Shown here: in pieces, positions 60,331 through 64,000 of the stretch
Numbering within the stretch: the first letter of the stretch is position 1
Layout: each line of letters starts with the position of its first letter
Assembly (NCBI GenBank): GCA_029940535.1
Contig: JAPYUM010000004.1
Location: 20,873 to 84,872, forward strand
Reading direction: 5' to 3'
Length of the DNA stretch: 64,000 bases
DNA from: Vicinamibacterales bacterium
Lineage (GTDB): Bacteria; Acidobacteriota; Vicinamibacteria; Vicinamibacterales; UBA8438
The notes under the pieces: generated by a model
Databases searched by the model: none
Seen by the model: only the letters and a program-made list of their open reading frames with translations
Told to the model about the DNA's origin: nothing
Position numbers and translations under genes: made by a program

Positions 60331-61662
60331 TCAGGACTCGACGGTGGCGTGTTGGTCGATTGCGCGTCGCACGGCGTCGTAGTCGTTTGGCAGCTCCACC
60401 GGCGTATTGGCATAGCGCGGCGTGATGCCCGGGAGCCGGCCCTCGTGGTAGCCCAACTTGAAGTCGGTGAACTTCAGCCCGCTGGCGGTAGACACGACCA
60501 CCACGCTGGCGGAGCGATCGATCTGGCCCTCGTCGAGCAATTTGATCAGCGCCGCCAGCGCGACCCCGGTGTGGGGGCAGTTGTACATGCCGGTCCGATC
60601 GGCCCGGGCGGCCGCCTCGGCCAGCTCCACCTCCGACGCCTGGGCCACGATGCCGCGGTGGGCCTGGAGGGTCCGAATCGCCTTGCGTACCGACACCGGG
60701 TTGCCGATCTGGATGGCTGAGGCTTGCGTCGGTTTGGCGGCGACCGGTGTGAACTCCCAGTTGTTCTGGTAGGCCAGATAGAGTGGATTCGCGGCCTGGG
60801 CTTGGGCGACGACGATCTGTGGCTGCTTGTTGATGATGCCCAGCGACGCCATCATCTCGAATCCGGCCCCGAGGGCGCTCACGTTACCGAGGTTGCCGCC
60901 GGGGATGATCACGACGTCCGGAATTTTCCAGTCGAGCTGTTGCACCATCTCGATCGCGACGGTTTTTTGTCCCTCGAGTCGCAGACTGTTCATCGAGTTG
61001 GCGAGATAGATACCCTCGTCTTCCGAGAGCCGTTGCACGATCTCCATACACCCGTCGAAGTCGGTGTCCAGCGCGAGGACGAGGGCGCCGTTCGCGATCG
61101 GTTGCAACAGCTGGGCGGTCGACACCTTGCCGCGAGGAAGCAGCACAATGGCCGGAATGCCGCCACCAGCAGCATAGGCGGCGAGCGAGGCAGACGTGTC
61201 ACCAGTGGAGGCGCAGGCCACCGCACGAATATTCCCGCCGTCGTGAATGATCTGTCGTACGACCGAGACCAGCACGGTCATCCCGAGGTCCTTGAATGAC
61301 CCGGTGTGCGAGTTGCCGCACAGCTTGACCCACAGGTCACGCATGCCCAGCTCACGTCCGAACCGATCGGCCCAGAACAGGTTCGTACCGCCTTCGTCCA
61401 TCGACACGATCGACTCGTCTCGCACGTCCGGGCAGACCCACTCTTTCTTGCCCCAGACAGAGGAGCCGTAGGGCCAGGCGGTGCGCTTGTAGCGCTCGTC
61501 GAACAGACGCATCCAAGCTGCGGCGGAGCGGTCGCGGAGAGCGTCGAGGTCATGGGACACCTCGAGGAGGTCCCCACAACTCGGACACCGGTACATCGGT
61601 TTCCAGAGTGGATATTCGCCGGGACACCCGGCAATGCAGCGGAACGCCGTACGATAGGCCAT
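60331..61662 (-). CDS. thrC: Threonine synthase
   Basis: [10 protein letters not shown] (PLP Lys), [39 protein letters not shown]. Confidence 0.95.
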   Translation of the reverse strand: MAYRTAFRCIAGCPGEYPLWKPMYRCPSCGDLLEVSHDLDALRDRSAAAWMRLFDERYKRTAWPYGSSVWGKKEWVCPDVRDESIVSMDEGGTNLFWADRFGRELGMRDLWVKLCGNSHTGSFKDLGMTVLVSVVRQIIHDGGNIRAVACASTGDTSASLAAYAAGGGIPAIVLLPRGKVSTAQLLQPIANGALVLALDTDFDGCMEIVQRLSEDEGIYLANSMNSLRLEGQKTVAIEMVQQLDWKIPDVVIIPGGNLGNVSALGAGFEMMASLGIINKQPQIVVAQAQAANPLYLAYQNNWEFTPVAAKPTQASAIQIGNPVSVRKAIRTLQAHRGIVAQASEVELAEAAARADRTGMYNCPHTGVALAALIKLLDEGQIDRSASVVVVSTASGLKFTDFKLGYHEGRLPGITPRYANTPVELPNDYDAVRRAIDQHATVES

Positions 61663-61699
61663 GCCCTTGTTATACCGCAGAGTGGCGGGGGGTGCAGCC

Positions 61700-62935
61700 T
61701 CAGGGAGCCATCAACTCGATGACCAATGGGCAGTGGTCCGAGAGCCTGTCCCAGAACGGCCGGTCGGCGGGGCGAAAGTTCACCTGCCGGAAAGTGGATC
61801 GGTCAACGAACCGGATCGACCGAGCCCCGAACACGATGTGGTCGACGAACGTGGCGAACCGGTTGTCTCGACAGTCGACGGACATGCCCTCGGTCGCCGC
61901 CGTGAGGTCGGCGTTGACGGGCTGATGGTCGTCCAGGTCGGCCCAGATGGTATCGCCCGGCTCCGTGAGCCGTCGATTGAAGTCACCCAGGACAATGAAC
62001 GGATCTGGCCCAGCCGACTGCCGGTCGATCCATTCCTTGAGGACCGGTACTTGCTGCCTCAGCCTCCCACAGTCCGGTCCAGTTGACGTATCGGCGAAAC
62101 AGCCGCTCTTGAGGTGAACGCTCATCAGCTGCAGGCGTTCGTCGCCGTAGGACACGCTGAGACGTGTCCCGTGGCGCAGCCCGCCGCGGCTGACATCAAG
62201 CGCGGCGAAATCGGGGAGTTCGGTGACGTCGAGCCCCTTCTTGTAAGCGAAACCGGTGTTTTGCCGGCCGTTCAGGTTTGGCGCGCGGGCTCGGTCTGAC
62301 ACATGCACGTCGTAGACGTCTCTATCGACCACACGTCCCAGCGCGTCGGCACCGTCGATTTCTTGAACGGCGATGACGTCGGGATCGATCAGACGCACGT
62401 AGCAGCGAATCCGCTGGTAGTCGAGTGCGCGTCGCGTTACGGACGGCCGGGGAGAGCCGTAGGTTGATTGGCCGTCGCGGGCATGGAGATTCTCGACGTT
62501 CCAGGTCGCCAGCCGCAGGCTGCCGTTGGCGGGCGGATCCGGTGACCCCTTGGCCGGGCACCAGTCCAGGTCCAGCGTCGTGTCACCCCCGGTGGTCGTC
62601 GGACCGGCGGTGAGCGGCGTCTGGATGTATCGTGGGACGACCCAACCGACCGCCTCCTCGCCGTCGGTCCGTTCGCCGCGGAGTTGGATCCAACCGGTGT
62701 CCCCATCGGCAGACAGACTGTGGGCAAACGTCCCACTGGCGAATCGAAAAGGCACCGGCGCATCGCCCGGGGCGGCGTGCGCCGGAATGTCCAGGTCGCG
62801 CTCGACCAATCTGACACGCTGTCCTTCGCGAGGCGCCGGTCGTGAGGCCGGCTGGCCGGTGCCCACGATGGTGACGATGCTCACCACGGTGGCGATACCG
62901 AGGGTGGCGATGGGGATGATGAGTGCGCGCCGCAA
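61700..62935 (-). CDS. Exported endonuclease/exonuclease/phosphatase family protein with an N-terminal SH3-like region
   Basis: TTG start after GGAGG; TM or signal segment; [33 protein letters not shown]. Confidence 0.88.
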   Translation of the reverse strand: MRRALIIPIATLGIATVVSIVTIVGTGQPASRPAPREGQRVRLVERDLDIPAHAAPGDAPVPFRFASGTFAHSLSADGDTGWIQLRGERTDGEEAVGWVVPRYIQTPLTAGPTTTGGDTTLDLDWCPAKGSPDPPANGSLRLATWNVENLHARDGQSTYGSPRPSVTRRALDYQRIRCYVRLIDPDVIAVQEIDGADALGRVVDRDVYDVHVSDRARAPNLNGRQNTGFAYKKGLDVTELPDFAALDVSRGGLRHGTRLSVSYGDERLQLMSVHLKSGCFADTSTGPDCGRLRQQVPVLKEWIDRQSAGPDPFIVLGDFNRRLTEPGDTIWADLDDHQPVNADLTAATEGMSVDCRDNRFATFVDHIVFGARSIRFVDRSTFRQVNFRPADRPFWDRLSDHCPLVIELMAP

Positions 62936-62974
62936 GGATTGCCTCCACAAGATAGTATCGTTCGAGGACACGCT

Positions 62975-63150
62975 ATGAGCCTCGCTCTGCTACTCGTCAG
63001 CAATTCCACGAACCACGGTCAGGGTTACCTCGACCACTGCATGCCCGAGATGCTCGACCTGCTCGGGGAACAACGGCGCCTGGCGTTCATTCCGTTCGCG
63101 TTGTTGGACCGCGATGGCTACGGAGCGAAGGCACGGGATCGGTTCCGGCA
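62975..63150 (+). pseudogene. pepE: 5' fragment of dipeptidase PepE (peptidase S51)
   Basis: MSLALLLVSNSTNHGQGYLDH...LAFIPFALLDRDGY..KARDRF; similarity stops and the catalytic GGNT/GxSAG motifs are absent. Confidence 0.7.
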
Positions 63151-63174
63151 GGACCGGCGGTGGTCGACCGTCCG

Positions 63175-63519
63175 TCACACGCGCTCGGTGTTACTACGCC
63201 CGGCGTCCACCTCGCCTCTGAGCCTCCGATCGATGACCAGAGTCCCAAACGGCAGCAGCGAGGCCACCATAATTCTCGCGGCCCAGCTGGCGGGTCGACC
63301 ACGACTCGTGAGCCCGCGAAGCGCGAGCAGGCCCAGCCAGACGAAGAGCGCCCCATGGGCCGACCCCACGATACGTACCGCCATCGGCATGTCACCCAGA
63401 TACTTGAGCGGCATCGCGATGAAGAGCAGAACGAGGTAGGACAGCCCCTCGAGGAGCGCGATCGAACGAAGATGCGATGCGGGGGTCCCGAAGTGTGTCT
63501 TGCCGACAGCGCTTCGCAT
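63175..63519 (-). CDS. DUF3817-family membrane protein
   Basis: ALLEGLSYLVLLFIAMPLKY, GSAHGALFV, SLLPFGT. Confidence 0.85.
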   Translation of the reverse strand: MRSAVGKTHFGTPASHLRSIALLEGLSYLVLLFIAMPLKYLGDMPMAVRIVGSAHGALFVWLGLLALRGLTSRGRPASWAARIMVASLLPFGTLVIDRRLRGEVDAGRSNTERV

Positions 63520-63688
63520 AATTAGCGGACACCATAGCAGAAGTCTGAGTCGAAGGTGCGTCACGTGCTTCTCTGCGTTGAGCCCGAACATCCACACGAC
63601 GTGATCCGGGTGCTTCCCGCAGACCCAGCCCCGCCGCGGACCGACCACAGTGAATCGGGTCGGCTCTCCGACCTCGGACCATTCAGCG

Positions 63689-63900
63689 CTACTCTGCACG
63701 CAGCACCTCAAGCGGGTCGACCCGCATCGCCCGTTGGGCCGGCAGATATGCCGCCAGCGCGGCTGCCCCGAGCAGACACAGCCCCGCCGAAACGAGGGTG
63801 GCCGGATCGCCCGGCTCTACTTCGTAGAGCAGCGCGGTCAGCAGTTGCGACAGCGCGAGCGCGCCACCGGTGCCCAGCACCAGCCCGCACAGCGCCTGCC
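63689..63900 (-). pseudogene. 3' fragment of an ABC permease (FtsX-like, ADOP-type)
   Basis: LLYEVEPGDPAT...AAYLPAQRAMRVDPLEVLRAE C-terminal signature; in-frame stop at 63932-63934 and no N-terminal part. Confidence 0.75.
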
Positions 63901-64000
63901 TAGCCGTGCGCCCGAATCTGCCAGCCGTCTCCTACTCATGCCGTTCACGCAGATCGACCACATGCGTCACGCCGACATCGACGAGCCCCTGCGCGTGGAC

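Noticed and set aside
63520-63690. GCTGAAT-containing stretch resembling a c-di-AMP riboswitch
   Set aside because: The remaining conserved elements are missing.

Overview
This is a GC-rich bacterial chromosome segment made up mostly of housekeeping genes. Gene content and synteny suggest Acidobacteriota, probably Vicinamibacteria-like; this is inference, not a database result. From left to right it carries an ECF sigma/anti-sigma/Spy-CpxP/TolC cluster, SpoIID, pckA, gatB, a disrupted ftsEX pair, glycerate kinase, rnr, selB, TonB, groESL with a perfect CIRCE, purC, nrdR-DUF4390-NtrY/NtrX-like genes, a formiminotransferase, pgpA-cinA-gpsA-ftsY-ribD-ribE-ribBA, ffh-rpsP-khpA-rimM-trmD-rplS-rnhB, thiE, rodZ, polX, a cell-wall recycling locus, secretin-lolA, ilvA, thrC and several gene fragments. 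I found no rRNA, tRNA, CRISPR array or transposase. Four observations stand out. (1) Four diverged copies of a 110-170 bp structured hairpin repeat show compensatory base changes, and in three of them the terminal CTAG is the stop codon of the neighbouring gene. (2) A peptidoglycan-recycling operon (nagZ-ldcA-mpl-pxpB-pxpC-murB-murA) lacks pxpA, encodes a Cys-to-Asp MurA, and shares a palindromic -10 element with a divergent GHMP sugar kinase. (3) ftsE and ftsX both carry nonsense codons, among several other gene lesions, some of which may be sequencing errors. (4) A degenerate CIRCE lies upstream of ffh, and a shared ECF-type promoter motif recurs in the sigma cluster.
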